A DNA stretch of 64,000 nucleotides from the human T2T-CHM13v2.0 reference genome, Homo sapiens (GCF_009914755.1 NC_060936.1), one strand, 5' to 3'; counted from the first letter of the stretch, positions 42,814 through 57,216 are shown. Numbers and translations are program-made. The notes: a model not told the origin generated them from the sequence alone.

Positions 42814-45511
42814 TCTGGTAGGTTCTTTAATGATTACAAATTCCTTCCATTCCAGTAAGGATATCCTTTTGCATTGTGACTTTGCTGTTCCTCCCATCCA
42901 GAATTAGATATGTTCCTTCACTCCCTTGAATAGGGACCGATGTTGTGACTCTCTTTCACCAACAGAATATGGCGTAAGTGACATTTTACAAGTTCCAGAG
43001 CCTGGGACTCAAGATGTCTTGGAGATTCTGTCTTTGCAGTCTTATAATGATGCCCTGAGATCATCATTAAAGAAAGCCAGTCTGGCCTACTGAGGATGAG
43101 AAGCTACATAAAGGAGAATGAAGATTCCCCAGCCAACAGGCAATATCAGTGGTCAGATATGTGAATAAAGCCATGTTGAACCTCTCGGCTAGACGACCCT
43201 CCAGCATATGAAACCAGCAGATGAATATCCCAGCCTGCCTGAAGAACTGTACAGGAAATAAGAAATCATTGTTTTTTAAGCCACTGGGTTGGTGGGTGGT
43301 TTGTTACATTGAAATTGTTAACTAAAACAGAAATTGGTGCATAGAGGTCAGGTGCTGTCATAATAAAAATCTAAAACATATACTGTTGGCTTTGGTGATG
43401 GGAGTGATTGGTAGCTAAAGAGGCAGTGAAACAATGATTAGTAGATACTGGGAAGTTAATAAGGAAATTTCTATTGGAGGGTGGAGAAAGGGCCACCCTT
43501 GTTATATAGTGGCCAAAGAATCAGCAAAATGTTGCCTGCTGCAACCTGGAAAGTAGAAACTTTTCTTAAACTCACGGATCTGGCTGGGAGATTTCCAGGA
43601 TGCATGCAACAAATGTGAATCAACTTTGTATAGCTGTGTATAATAAAGTGTGCTGTATTTGTCCATTCTGATGCTGCTAATAAAGACATACCTGAGACTG
43701 AATAATTTATAAAGGAAAGAGGTTTAATTGACACATGAGGCCTCAGGAAACTTACAATCGTGGTGGAAGGGGAAGCAAACACATCCTTCTTCACATGGCA
43801 GCAGGAAGGAGAATGAATGACCAGTGAAGGGGAAAATCCCTTATAAAACCATCAGATCTTGTGAGAACGAAGTCAGTATCATGAGAACAGGATGGGGGAA
43901 GCTGCCCCCATCATTCAATTATCTCCACCTGGTCCCTCCCCCATAACACGTGGGGATTATGGAAACTACAATTGAAGATGAGATTTGGGCGGGGACATAC
44001 CAAAACCATATTATGTGGGAAGAGAGATTAATTAAAAAAGCAACTTTTCAATTTGCAAGCAGAATTTAGAGAAAATATAGAAAACCCAGGATGAGCTGGA
44101 TTGAAAAAGATTATCAAAGAAAATTTTAATATAGGTAAAAATTTAATTCCAGAAGACAGTCAATAAAATGTGGCCTCAATGGTAAGATCAAATAGAAGGA
44201 TGTGGCTGTTAGGCCCTAACAAAATAACCCAGAATGATTTCTTATAGAGTATTTAGTAGACCTCTCATCTAAACAAATGATTGTCTATGAATCCAGACCC
44301 ATCACTCAAATAGGCCCATCATCCAAATTAGAGAGAGGCCTACCTTGACAAGAATAGTAAGCCTGGCTGTCATCTAACAGAGTAGAATTTAATCTGATCC
44401 ATAGAAATCCCATAAGGAATTTTAAAGGAACTATATTGATTTGGATTAAAAGGGACAGAGACAGTTCAAGAAGACTCCATGCCATCAATTTCCTACAGAC
44501 AAAAAGTGAGTTGAGAAAACTACTTAGATGCAGTCATGGGCTATTTCTTTCTTACAGAAAAAGAAGGATCTCTCGGAGGCTAAGCAAACCATCCAGAGTG
44601 TGGACCCAAAATCCAAAAAACAAAATTAATTAGAGAGCCACTCCAAGAGATAAGAAATAGGCCCTAATCAGGGAACATTCCCTGTCCCTGGACATGTACC
44701 TGTTTGGATTTCACAATTGCTTCAGACCATTGATTGCTATGTGCTCCCAGTCCTTTCTCTTTTTAAAAAAGAGGATTATTCATTGTGGTTATTTTTTCTT
44801 TGTCTCACCATTTCATCTTAGATATTTGAATAAAAGAGGGTAAAAGCCTTGTAGTTTTGGTTCACAGAACTCTGGATCATGAAAGCCAAGGAGCTCCACA
44901 GAGAAACCTCCTTTGTATCTGGACCAGAGGGGAAGCTCAAACTTGTGGATTTCCAGCCTGATGCAATACCTGGGATGAAACTTTTGCAATTATTGTGATA
45001 GGAGTAAGCGTACTTTCCATGTGCAAAAATGATTAATTTGTGGCCAGAAAATGGAGTGTGGTAAATTTGTGGTTTGATAGCCACAAATTCCACCCATCCC
45101 AATATGCATGCCCTTTGGCTTCTCCTTTCATCCAAAGACAGGATATATGTCTATATCCCTTTCAATCTTGACTGGCATTGTGACTTATTTGACCAGTAGA
45201 ATGTGGTAGAAGGGACAGGGCATGAGTTTTTAATCCTGGGCCACAAGAGGCCCTGACACTTCCTCTGTTGCTCTCTTGAAACCTTCACGAAAGGAAGCCA
45301 ACCTAGGCAGCATCCAACACTGACTGCCAGACATGTAAGTGAGACCATCTTGGATTTCCCCGCCCAGACTACCATCTGGCTGAATAAGTGAAATCAAGTG
45401 AAGGCAGAAGAGGAGCTGCCCAGCAACCCACAGAATGGTGAAAACAATATATTTTAAGCCACTACATTTGGGGGTGGTGTGTTATTATGTAGCAATAATC
45501 AACTGAAACCA
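42814..45511 (+). mobile_element. MLT1 (G/H-like) MaLR provirus: LTR 42814-43329, internal 43330-45056, LTR 45057-45511
   Basis: Two MLT1 LTRs sharing aagccact...gttac/gttat...aac ends; the internal region starts gaaattggtgcatagagg...gtgctgtcataataaaaatctaaaa and ends in a purine tract ggccagaaaatggag. Confidence 0.8.
43654..44013 (-). mobile_element. THE1C-like solo LTR inside MLT1-int
   Basis: tgtatttgtccattctgatgctgctaataaagacatacc...aaaccatatta; TSD tgtgc/tgtgg. Confidence 0.9.
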
Positions 45512-46098
45512 GTTATTATACACCAGACACCATGGTGACTAAACTAGATACAGCCCACACCTGTGGGGATTTAATATGGGGCAAGGGTGTGGGGAGAATG
45601 GCATTAAACAGAGCAATAAAATACAATTGTGAATGTGATAAATGCTATGAAGGAAAGGACAAGGTGCTGTGAGAGGCTCAGGAATGCCATAGAGTCAGGT
45701 TGGACCCTCTGTAGAAGCTGTTGGAGCTAGTCAGCAATACTAAGGCAGAGGTCCAGAGAAGATTCAGTGACTGTGGTCAGCGAGGAACCAAGAAGAATGT
45801 AAGGATGTATTCATGGTAGTTCTACTAGGATGCCAGGGCCTAGGCCCTGTTACATTGTCACTAAGAGAAAACAATTCTAAAGGTTTTAGCACAGGGGTCT
45901 AGCATATATTAACCACTTGGTATTATCTACAATAACTTATTTTTTTTATTTTGAATTGGCATGGAAATGTGCGATTACAAGTGAGTTTAAAAGTGGAAAC
46001 ACAACTCTCTGTTTAGAGAGGGTTAATAGAAAGAATAATTACTACAAAATGCTTCTAAACGCAAAACAAGACTGTCTCTATGGGAGAAAAATAAAACA

Positions 46099-46402
46099 CA
46101 GGTACACAATCCCTTATCTAAAGCTCCAAAGGCCAGATGGGCTTCAGAACTCAAAAGGTTTAGGGTTTTAGAAAGGCAATTTGGAGCATTTCCCATACAC
46201 TATGCAATACTTCCAGCATTTCCTGGGGGAGCACCCCACCATTAAATTTGAGCAGCAAAACGTATGGCTATTCGCAATAAGTGAGATAAAAATTGGGAGT
46301 GGACATACATCTGTTCAATCACCAAATTTGTTCAAAAAAATTTGTTTTAACGGACTTCAGAAGGTTCTGCACTTCAGGATTGTGGATAGAGTTGTGCACC
46401 TC
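46099..46402. mobile_element. MER46C (TcMar-Tigger MITE)
   Basis: TIRs caggtacacaatcccttatc / gatagagttgtgcacct; internal ggggagcacccc and cagcaaaacgtatg. Confidence 0.8.
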
Positions 46403-47289
46403 ATCTAGAAACCCCCACGTTTTATGGGCCCACAGCGAGAAGGGGGATACTTCCCAAGTGGGTTGCTGAAAAACACAGTCCCTGTGATTGGTCATTGACA
46501 TCTTAATGAGCTCAATGGATCGCAGCTTGTCCAATGCAGCTGCAGAAATCTGTCTCAGCTTTACAAGTTGACAGAAGTAAATCACACACTATATTTTCCA
46601 TACTGTGGTCCATTTCACTGGCTCTGTGTTGGTACAGCTGGAGTATAGCAGATTCAAATCACTGTGAATGCATGTATAACCCTTGTTTCCCTAAACCATG
46701 CCAGCAGTCTCAGAGAGTACCATGAGTATGAGGATAATTACAATTTTCTGAGTCCTCACCCATTATTGCATTGTTATTCCTGGATTCCTACTTTCCTCCC
46801 CTTCCCCAAGGCCTCTCCTAACTTGAGGATGCCAATAGCTTACAATGTACCTTGAAAATGTGTTGTGTGGCTTGGCTGATGCCAAAGGCCCTGCTGATTC
46901 TGTATCTCCTGGATCTCATCATTTCTGCCAGTCCTTTAGCCACTCCTTAGCTGCCGTTTTCATTCCCAGCCTCATCTTCAGATGCAGCCTCTGCCATCAG
47001 TGCTGAGCAATGCTGAAGTAGGATAGAGTTCTATCATTCATCTCAATAAGTAGTATTGAGCCTAAGTAAATTAAATCAATCTCTCTCCATCTGTGTCTGT
47101 CTCCCTCTCTATATATACATAGATGCAAATGTATGTATATGTGTAGGTATAGAAAATAAAAATTGCCATACATATTCCAGGTTGCCTATATTTTGAGTTA
47201 TAGTCCTTTCTGTAGAAAAACAAACACATTTCCCAGGAATTTAGCCAGAGGATATTTGCATGTCAACAACCAACATTATAGGGTCACTC

Positions 47290-47405
47290 CCTCATTCAAC
47301 AAACATCTATTTAGTGCCTAAAAGCATCAGGAGCTAGTCTAGGCAATGAGGACCAGTGCACCAGACACACCAACTTCTTACTGTCATGGAGTTTACATTC
47401 TAGTC
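47290..47405 (-). mobile_element. L2 3' end
   Basis: cattcaacaaacatctatttagtgccta...catggagtttacattctag. Confidence 0.7.
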
Positions 47406-48339
47406 TCCGTCAAAACTGTTTCTTCTCATGGACAATTAATTGGATCACAGGCTGAACCATATGCCTGTGGGGCTCTTAGTCCTTAGGAAGCTTATGTTTT
47501 GAAATGTGCTGTAACCTGAAAAGGTAGGAAGAGACTTAGTTTCACCTTCTTTGCTCAAAGTAGTAATTTTGGGAACCAGTGCCTGATTGTTAGACCTAAA
47601 TATTCTCTTCCATTCTGGCCAGAGGCCTCTTTACAAAAATCAGTCCTCCTCTGACATTCCAGGGTCTCTGTGTCTCTAAGCTAAGCCTTGCCACACGTGA
47701 GTTCTGTTCAATAGAATGCCATGAAGGGAACTCAAGAGTGACTCCTTTGAGAGGTAGTTGAGATTGACACTCTCTTTTTTATGGGCTACTCCAGTAGGCT
47801 CTGAGGTCAGCTTTCAGTCTCCAAGAACTCCTGCCACCACGTTCCTGTTTAATATTTTTCAGGGGGTTCCCTATTGCTTAGAATATGTACTCCGTAGCTT
47901 GGTATGCCAATGATTCACAACCCATTCCACCTCATGACAGGTATAGAAAATGATGATATTTTTATAATGTACCTTGGAAAATGAAAGAGACTGTCTTTGA
48001 CCAGAGATGATGGACCTGAAGTTCAGCAGAGGTGACAACCCAGGCTTTCCTGGCTGACCCAAGGAGGGGTGAGGAGATTAACATCTCAGCATATCTATCT
48101 ATAGCCCATCTACCCACCTTACAAGGAGTGAAAAGCTCTGTGATGTGCAGTAGTCTTTATAATGAAGCATCAAATTACATCTTGCTATCAACTTTTAAAT
48201 TACTCTATACCAATTGGGTCCAAAAACATTTAAGTAGTTCATTTCTAATTCTATGTTATTTACCTTTATCCCTAGGCACCGTTTGCTAATTGTTCTCCTC
48301 ATTCTATTTTCTTTCAAACTTTCATGTTTCTGCTGTTTC

Positions 48340-48670
48340 TCCACCTATAATGCCCTTCTTTTACCTTTCTTTGGTGAACTCCTACTCATCATAAATCTCA
48401 TTTCAAATGCCACTACTCAGGCCATTCCAAGCTCTTTCAGGCAAATTTAGGTTGTTCCTTCCTCTGGCTGTCCAAACGTGCACACACACATACACACACA
48501 CACATCACAGTACTTACTGCATGGTTGCTTGCACTAGTTGTGGAAAGCTGTAGTGTAGAGACTTTGTTTTCTATATCATTGTACCCTTCACTTGGTTCAC
48601 TGTAGTTCCTGCCTGCCTAGCTCAGAGCTCAATATATGTTTTTCTTAATGGGTGAATGAAAGAATCAATA
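48340..48670 (+). mobile_element. L2 3' fragment containing (CA)n
   Basis: gtgaactcctactcatc...gctcaatatatgttt...gaatgaa. Confidence 0.65.
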
Positions 48671-49769
48671 AGTGGGGAACTGGAGAAATTGCCCATGTGT
48701 TAGATTTGCATGAGACTTTGGATAAGGCTTGGAATCTTATTGTTTCATGTTCTCCATATGCTGAAATAACAATATTTGTCTTCTCTGAAATATAATGCCT
48801 TAAAACTCAAAATATCAAGCTGTCAGAACTTAGTTGTTATTATGTCCATGGTCACCCTGCCATTAAACTTTAGTTGTCCTGGAAACATATATTGGATCTA
48901 TAAATTTAGATTAAAGAATCTTACCAACAGAGTTTTTGTGCATACTGTGTTGTCAGTTTCCTCTAATAGCTACTTGTTTATCACAGTAATGTAACCGTAA
49001 CAGAACTAAGAACAAAATCATGGAACCTACTCATTCAGCAAGACCAGGAATGGGTTTTCTGAGTTTGTGCTGGGTGAGAAAATCTTGTCAATAACCCAAT
49101 GTCATTTAAGTTCTAACTTTGGGATGCTCTTTGGTCTAAAAGTTTGAGGAAAAAATGGGTTCAACCACATAAATGATAGGCCATACACCAATTTTATGTA
49201 GCATGGTCATTAAGATAGCCAAAAATACGGCAAACTATTAGAAGTGCTATGCGTTGCATTTATACTAGCTCTTATTTTCCTTTTGGTGGCTAATAGGATT
49301 CTCATTTCATTATTATTTCTCACATTTTCCCCTTCTAGTGTTTCAAGAAATTACCACTGTAGAATTTATTGTAGCCTACAGTATAGTCATGGGTGTGTGA
49401 CAATATGTAAATGCCCAAGCATGCTACATGTGAATTACGCTGCCATGTTCACATTTCTAATCAGGACGATGTTTTTTAGAAAATCATTTAATTATACTTG
49501 AAAACTATCAGTCATGAGGGTCAAAGTATTTGATCTCTCTTCTCTGGTGTTCCAGGAGTGACACAAAGTCACACAAAAGGTTGAATTTTTCTCTGATTGT
49601 TACACCATGGCATTCAAGCAATTTTAGAGGTCAAACTGATAACAGAACATGAAAAATCTGCATTATTTTTAATCTATAGGGAGACATTTTAATTAAAGTT
49701 ATGGGTGGTATTTTTTTGCCTGATGAATGTGTTTCTTAAAAGCCTGTGTACATTTATGCATACTGTATA

Positions 49770-49945
49770 TAGAATATCTATATCTATTTATCTGTAATAT
49801 CTATTTATCTATGTATGTATGTATATATCTATATCTATCAACCTATCTACCTAATCTATTCATCTATCCATACTTCCTTCCATCTGTCTGTAGACACACA
49901 CACACAAACACATATAAACTCATATACCTATACATATATATGTAA
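49770..49945 (+). repeat. Degenerate (TCTA)n/(CA)n/(TA)n low-complexity tract
   Basis: Direct inspection. Confidence 0.75.
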
Positions 49946-51509
49946 TATTAGAAATATATCTAGAGGTAACTTTACGGTCATTTGGGCTATTTATGTCTGG
50001 TTGTTGTCCACAGGCTTTTATAACAGAGGAGATGATTATAATCACCTTTGCCACAGAGACATTTAAGAGATTGATAGTAAGCATACAAAGACTTAACTTC
50101 CTTGGGAGGTGATATCTTTTAAAAGCACCATCTTTTCAAACATAGAAATGCCGACATTTTGTGTAAATATGTTGCAACATTTCCTAGCAGTATATTATTC
50201 CTTCTGCCCAGAGCCAACCCACTCCGTTCAACAGCCTATACACCTACAGACTAATTAAGTGAATTAATTTGTTTTGGAATTAAATAAAAATTCTTATTTT
50301 GGACATATGGATCATGTAGATGCCAAATGGAAATTATACTGGTTAATGCTCGAACTTCTGCTTTTAAAATACTCTACTCTCTGGGAGGAGCAGTTCAAAT
50401 TCCAGTAGACCTTTTGAGAAACATAAATTGAACACCATGTTTATTCTGCAAAGGTCTTTCAGATGAAGCCTTAAAAACTGTGAAGACTCCCTGCGATTTT
50501 CTCTGAGGACATGTCTTCATTAGCATTTCAATAATTCAACCTTCTGGTTGTGCCTTTGAAATTTCTTTAATCTTTGGCATTGAAACACCTAGGATGTATA
50601 TTACGGGACTGTGAATCTCTGAGCAGGAATATTATTACGATTATACTAAGCAGATCTGAAGCAAGCCAGGACACTTTCTAGCAAGGATGACTACAAATTT
50701 GCTGCAAAAATGATCAATTAAAGGCCACTTGTAAGCGAAAAGTAACTTTATATTTTTCCTTAAAAGAAATATGAGATAATTTTATATTTTAGTAAAAATA
50801 AACTTTAAAATTATGCAAATAATACATGTTCATTATAGAATAATATAAAATTTATTGATAATAAGCAGAGAAGACAAATTCATTCATTAATTTCATAACC
50901 CAGTTATAGTAACCATTAAAATTTTTTATATATTCTTTCAGAATTTTCATATGTATAGGTATACATATAAAAATACATAAATAAATTTTCTTTTAAATTA
51001 AGAAGTAAGAATATGCAAATAGTAAATTTTTATGCAATGTAAATGTCCCTTGGACATTAGCAGCTGGTGCAACTTAGGAAGGTCACCTTAACAGCTTATA
51101 TCACTAGGTGTCCCTGATCATCTTTCAAATAGAGGAAGGAAACCCTTAAGTCTCTTCAAGAGTCTGTGCTGAGGTCCAAAATGTGAGTAAGAGAAAGAGA
51201 GGAGAATGCTCTCATATATAAATCAAACCAATCTCTGCAACTCTGGAATATTTTCGTCTAGCTGTTTTCATCATCCACTGCTGTCTCTTGTTCCACAATG
51301 ATGTCACCAGCAAACATCCTGGACCACACTGTTGGTGGTAGTGACCTCCTTTCTCTCTCTGTAATATCTTGTAGCTTTGTTATTACCAAACTCATAGTGT
51401 TCTCCTGATAGGTTTTCCATTTTCTATCCAGCTTTCAGGGGGTGGTTTGGGAGCAGAGGGGCTCAAATGGCCGGTGCCATAGTGTTCTTTTAACTGATTT
51501 GGTAAAGAG

Positions 51510-52300
51510 TCCCCAAATATGGTCACCAATTATTACTGCCATTCTTGTTCATGCAAGCTGCTCATAACAGAGATGAACTGTATTTTCCTCCTCTTGAATA
51601 TGCTCTGGACTTGTGATGTGTTTTGACCAATAGAACGTGATAAAATTGATGTTCTGGGACTTCCGAACACAGGCTTAAGAAACTTAGCAGCTCTCTTTTG
51701 CTTCTTCTTGGGACTCAGTGAACATACTGGAAGGAAGTTCAGCAAAAACTAGTAAATGCTTAGAGTTCACGTGGGCAGAGTTTTCTGAGATCTAAAGGCC
51801 ATCACGGATGTCTCAACCCTAGCCAAGCTCTCAGATACATGCATCTACACAATGACTCCAGCCGCCATCTGTGAAGCCAAAGAACTATCCAGCTGTGTCT
51901 TGCCCAAATTCCTGATCCAAGGAATCATGAAAAGTAATAAATTATGGTCCTTGCGCTGTGGCTCACACCTGTAATCCCAGCACTTTGGGAGGCCGAGGCA
52001 GGCGGCTCACGAAGTCAGGAGATAGAGACCATCTTGGCTAACACGGTGAAACACCGTCTCTACTAAAAATACAAAAATCAGCCGGGCGTGGTGACACGTG
52101 CCTGTAGTCCCAGCTACTCAAGAGGCTGAGGCACGGGAATCACTTGAACCCGGGAGGCGGTGGTTGCAATGAGCTGAGATCACGGTATTGCACTCCAGCC
52201 TGGGTGATAGAGCAAGACTCAGTCTCAGAAAAATAAATAAATAAATAACAATAACAACAATAATAATAAATTATGGTTGTTCACATAGGTAACTGAAACA
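51510..52300 (+). mobile_element. MLT1 (H/I-like) LTR interrupted by an Alu
   Basis: cttgaatatgctctggacttgtgatgtgttttgaccaatagaa...cccaaattcctgatcc...taggtaactgaaaca. Confidence 0.7.
51946..52263 (+). mobile_element. AluSc8/AluY-like
   Basis: ggctaacacggtgaaa with S-type gaatcacttgaacc; (AAAT)/(AAC) tail; TSD taataaattat. Confidence 0.92.
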
Positions 52301-52312
52301 AACATACGATTT

Positions 52313-52830
52313 TTGAGTCAAGTTACGTTTGGCTGCACATTTTAGAAACTATGCTTCATGCATAAAACAAACCACATCACACATTATCTTCTGTAACATG
52401 GAAGTATATTTTTTGTTCATATAAAAGAAATCTCAAAATAGGTAGCAAAGGTGTACTATAGAGGTTTTATTATCTGGCTCAAAGCTTCTTCCTTCTATTC
52501 CACTTTCTTGACATGGAATTTTTATTCCAAAGTCACCTCATGACCTAACATAACTGCTAGAACTCCAGCTATCATAGCTACATTCCAGGCAGCAAGAAAG
52601 AAGCTGAGGAAAGGGCAAAAGAGACAGGCTCCCTGGCTAAGTCAATTTCCTGAAGGATTATTCAGGAAAGTTTGTGTAACATTTCCATTTGGCCAGAATT
52701 TAGTCACATTGTCACATCCAGCTGCAAAAGAAGCTGGGAAATTTAGTCTTGTACAAGACCACTCCAAGCAAAATTGGGGTTTTATACAAAGGCAGACAGA
52801 GAGGGTAGGAAACTAGCAATTTCTGAAACG
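52313..52830 (-). mobile_element. MLT1J/K-like LTR
   Basis: tttggctgca...ggccagaatttagtcacattgtcacatccagctgcaaaagaagctgggaaatttagtc. Confidence 0.7.
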
Positions 52831-53379
52831 GACTCTGTATTCCCAGGGCAATGAGGCATTGCAGACACTGATTTAAAGCAATTTCTCATAGAGATTAATA
52901 CTTTACATAAACAACAATTGTCTCTAGTATTCAGGTTCTGCATTTCAGTGTCCAGTTCATCTCTCTCTCCTTTTGTTTCCATTGATCTCTTTGCAACACG
53001 GCTTCTATGGAGACTCTCTGTTCATCAAATGTATCAGTAGATCTCTGTGTTCATGAATGAATGGGTTCTTTTCCTGTGAGGTTCTGAAATAAACTTGCAA
53101 TCACAGGATTACCCTCTCCTTCATTGGCCCTATATCATACAGATGACCTCCAAGAAGTGTTGCCTAGCTTCTAAATAGCAAACACAAGTTGGATCTGACC
53201 CCAGTTCCCTAAAAATGTTTGTGTTTTATACAATCCTTAATTTATGGGGAAATATCAGTAACAAAGAAACTAGATAGAAAAAATGTAATATTTAGGTAAT
53301 AAGGGAAAATAGAAATAATGAAGGGTGAGAGAGAGAGCCAGTCACTGAGTTATTTGCACTTAGCAGCATCTCTTTCCCT

Positions 53380-53770
53380 CCTCAGGTTCTTTGCACCTTC
53401 TATTCCCTCTGTCAGTAAAGTCTTTCCCCCTCAACCTCTTACCCAACTAGTTTTCATTAATTTTGGGGGTTCCAGTGTAAACCTACTTCTTCAGAGAGGT
53501 TTTCTCTGACCAATTGATCTCAAGTAGGTATACCTTGGATATCTCTCTTACCCATCCCCTTTGTTATCTTTCAAGGCACTTGTCATAATTTCTAATTCTG
53601 TATCCAGCTGTTTATCTGTTCAATATCTGCCACCCCCTCTGGATTACGAGCTCAATAAGGCAGGGATTTTGCTGCCTTTTTCACTGCTGTGTTCCAAACA
53701 CATGGTGCAATACCTGGTATACCATAGATGCTCAATGTTATTTAACAATTCATTTGTTAAATGAGTAAAC
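53380..53770 (+). mobile_element. L2 3' fragment
   Basis: gagctcaataaggcaggga...ttcactgctgtgttcc...catagatgctcaat...atttgttaaatgag. Confidence 0.7.
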
Positions 53771-53962
53771 AAGGAGGGGAAGTTCAGAGAAAGCAAAGTG
53801 AAGAGAGAGAGAGAGAGAGACATGTTAGTCTGAGATCTCAGCTGCCCAGCCTGTTTATTTTGTAGCCAGGTTATTCAAGTCTGTATGTAGGCCATGCAGA
53901 GCTGGGGTACAGTCGAAATCTCAAGGTGGGACTGTCCTGAGGCCAAAAGTTTTCTCACCCCA

Positions 53963-54102
53963 GGCTAGGCTCAGTGGTTCATGCCTAGAAGCCCAGCCCT
54001 TTGGGAGGTTGAGGCCGGAGGATCACTTGAGGCCAGGAGTTGGAAAGCAGCCAGGTCAACATAGTGAGACCTCTTATCTCTACAAAAAAAAAAAAAAAAA
54101 AA
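53963..54102 (+). mobile_element. FLAM_C monomer
   Basis: Single monomer with poly(A); TSD aaaagttttctcacccc (53945-53961) / aaaagcttcctcacccc (54103-54119). Confidence 0.9.
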
Positions 54103-54164
54103 AAAAGCTTCCTCACCCCTGATTTTAGACAGATAGACAGAAACATCTCCATGCTATACAATAA

Positions 54165-54487
<323 letters not shown>

Positions 54488-56234
54488 AAAATCATGGAAT
54501 TTTTAATGTGGAATCATTTCCATGTTCTATTGAATTTTCTGAAACAATAGAAAATTATTACTCAAATAATAAGAATAGTAATAATAATTAATATTACAGC
54601 AAATAATAAGGAAATATTATTATCCAAACTTGCTAGGAAAATGTTTTGAATTAGTGATTTGTCCACTATTGTGCATTATGACATTGCGGAAAATGGCTTA
54701 TCTTATGTCTTGAGATATAAGTAGTGGATTATTTTGAGAAATGCCTGCCTACACAGTCAGCAATAGGTAGAATAGACACCTGCCCAGGCTGTACCAGTGT
54801 ATAAAGCTATCAAAACTTCCCAGAGGGCTGGGCATCTGCCGCAGAGGGTACAGAAAAAGGGTTGAAACTAGAAAAAATTAGAGCAACTCAGGGAAACAGG
54901 AAATGAGAATAGTCCAAGGATCCAGAAAAAAGGTCATCAATGAAGTCAGACTTACACTGCCTCACTAGTCCTCCTTCATGCCAATTCCTGTAACCCACAG
55001 GTGTGCCTCTGACCATATCATGGTTTCCTTCCCCTTCTTTCTCCCCAGGCCTCCAAAGAAGTCTACAAATTCCATCAGTCAGTAACGGCTTGGAGTTCCA
55101 AAGCTTATGACTCAAAGGTGATTAGAGCATGGACCTGGGGCTAGTCTGGATTGGTAACTGCTAAACTTGGTATGTTCTTCAGACGCTGACATGAGTTAAT
55201 TCACAGTTTTCTGTCCACACGTCCATTTTCTTGTCACCACATGATGGAGAACATTCTACACATCACTGCCAGATTAACCTTCCCCAAACATTTCTTTGAT
55301 CACTTCACTCACTTTGTTCAAAACGCCTTAAATGATCCCTGTTATCTGTAAGGGTTCAAATGCTTTTAGTCTGGCTTTCAAGACCCACCACAATCTGACC
55401 CTACTGTGAATTTCTCCTGCTGCTGAATCCTGTACTGTAAATAAGAAAGATTAAGGAGACAGTTTCCTCAAAAGTGATCAATTTTCTAATTGGGCCTTCA
55501 ATGGTTCGGTATAAAAATTATAATTCATTTCAATAACTGATCTTGCTGGACGTGCTACACATATTAAATGTTCCATGCATTTAGAGCATCAATAATGTTC
55601 AGCTGCAGGAATTATGCAGAAATACCTTCTATCTTGGCAAGTACATGAAGTAGTAAATCCCGTGGGCAGTTGAGACTCCTTGGTAAATTTAAACATAGTA
55701 CTACATCCAGAATAATATAGTGATCTCTCACCATGCTGGGTACGATCATCAGCAGCAATGATTTAGAAAATGAGAATGATTTATATTTTTATTTTTGAAC
55801 AGTAAATCTTTTCTTAAATTTATGGAGGGATTTAGATTTATATAGTAGGCTGTAGTTTCCATCATGCAGTAGTAGTCTTAATGGCCACTTTTGAATTCCA
55901 TTCATCTTTACACTCGCCACAAAAACATTTGGAGACTAAAATAAAGATTAAGATGGTGACTTGGTTAAAAATGCTTAAAGTTTTGAGTTTTAGCATGAAA
56001 TATCAGACCCAGATGGCTGGCATTTTTAAAGTAGTGAAATTCACCTTTCACGACACATGGACAATATTTCATGTTGAAAATGAGCTACATTAGGACATGA
56101 ATGCTCTACTATCCTGCTCTTTCAAATATAAACCTATAGATAGATTTTATAAATTTGAAAATATAATGACTACTCTAGCAAATTAGATCCACCCAAATTT
56201 ATTATTACCGCATTTTGTCTATCTAGACTTTCTT

Positions 56235-56490
56235 CAGCAGAGTGGTTGACATTATGAGCTCTGTTGTAAAGGTGCTTGGAATCAAATTCCAGCTCTCAGT
56301 CTTTACCACATGTTAGAATGTAGACAAATTACTTAACCACTCTGTGTCTCGGTTTACTCATCTTTAGAATGGGGATAAAAGTAGAGATGTTGTGAGTATT
56401 AAGTGAGTTAGTACATATAAGTTGTTAGTACATATAAATATGTTAGTACATATAAAAGTTAGTACAGAGCATGTAGAGGATCAACAAGAG
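56235..56490 (+). mobile_element. MIR with internal tandem expansion of gttagtacatataa
   Basis: MIR core (acttaaccactctgtgtctcggtttactcatctttagaatgggga); copies at 56407, 56424, 56442 and a partial copy at 56458. Confidence 0.75.
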
Positions 56491-56559
56491 CCATCTATTT
56501 CTATTGAGTAAAATTATTCCCTTTAGGAAGATGTAAAGGGGATGGGGAGGGGGGATGCC

Positions 56560-56772
56560 TTCAAATGCCTTCAGAGGCCACACAGGTAGTGAAATATGAG
56601 AAGGGATTTGGTGGTAGATTAGTGGAGTCTGCAGATAACTGTCAAGTGTGTGCCCTACTTACTTAAAAACAAAACAAAACAAAACACTGTGTGCCAGCCA
56701 AATACACAGTGCTTCTTGTTTATTGACCAGCCTTGTACAGGCCTTTAGGCTACTCACCCATGTTGACCCCTA
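56560..56772 (+). mobile_element. MER102-like hAT fragment
   Basis: tcaaatgccttcagaggccacacaggta...aaaacactgtgtgccagccaaatac. Confidence 0.6.
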
Positions 56773-56909
56773 GGGAACAGAAAGAGCTCCAAACCACAAG
56801 TCAGGAGGTGCAGGCTGTGACCCTCTCCTCCAGCTTCTAGCTATGGAAGCCTGGACAGGCTCCTTACCTATCTTGGCTTCTGTTTCCCCACTCAAAAGGA
56901 GAAAATAGA

Positions 56910-57216
56910 GGTTCCTTCTGTATCAGAAACTCTATTTAAATAGAGAGGCAAGAGGAATAATAATTGTTAAAACCTTTTCACAGTTTAAAAAAGGCATATA
57001 AATAGGAAAAGGCCTGTTACTGTGCTTAAGAAGTCTGTACAGTATGTGGTGGTCCCTAAAGGAGCGTTCCAACAGAAGCTGAAAAGGCTGCCTAAAGGAC
57101 GATGTGTCCCAAAGTCTGAAGGCAGAAAGGAGCATAGATGGAATAAAAGGAGCGAGAGCAGCCCAGATCAGAGGAGCCAGGCAGAACCTTCAAGACCAGC
57201 TATGCACAAGAGACAG
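56910..57216 (+). repeat. Copy 1 of an ancient ~310-bp direct duplication
   Basis: Colinear with 58751-59058 (ggttccttct...ctatttaaatagagag...taataattgttaaaacc...aaggcagaaagga...agccaggca). Confidence 0.9.
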
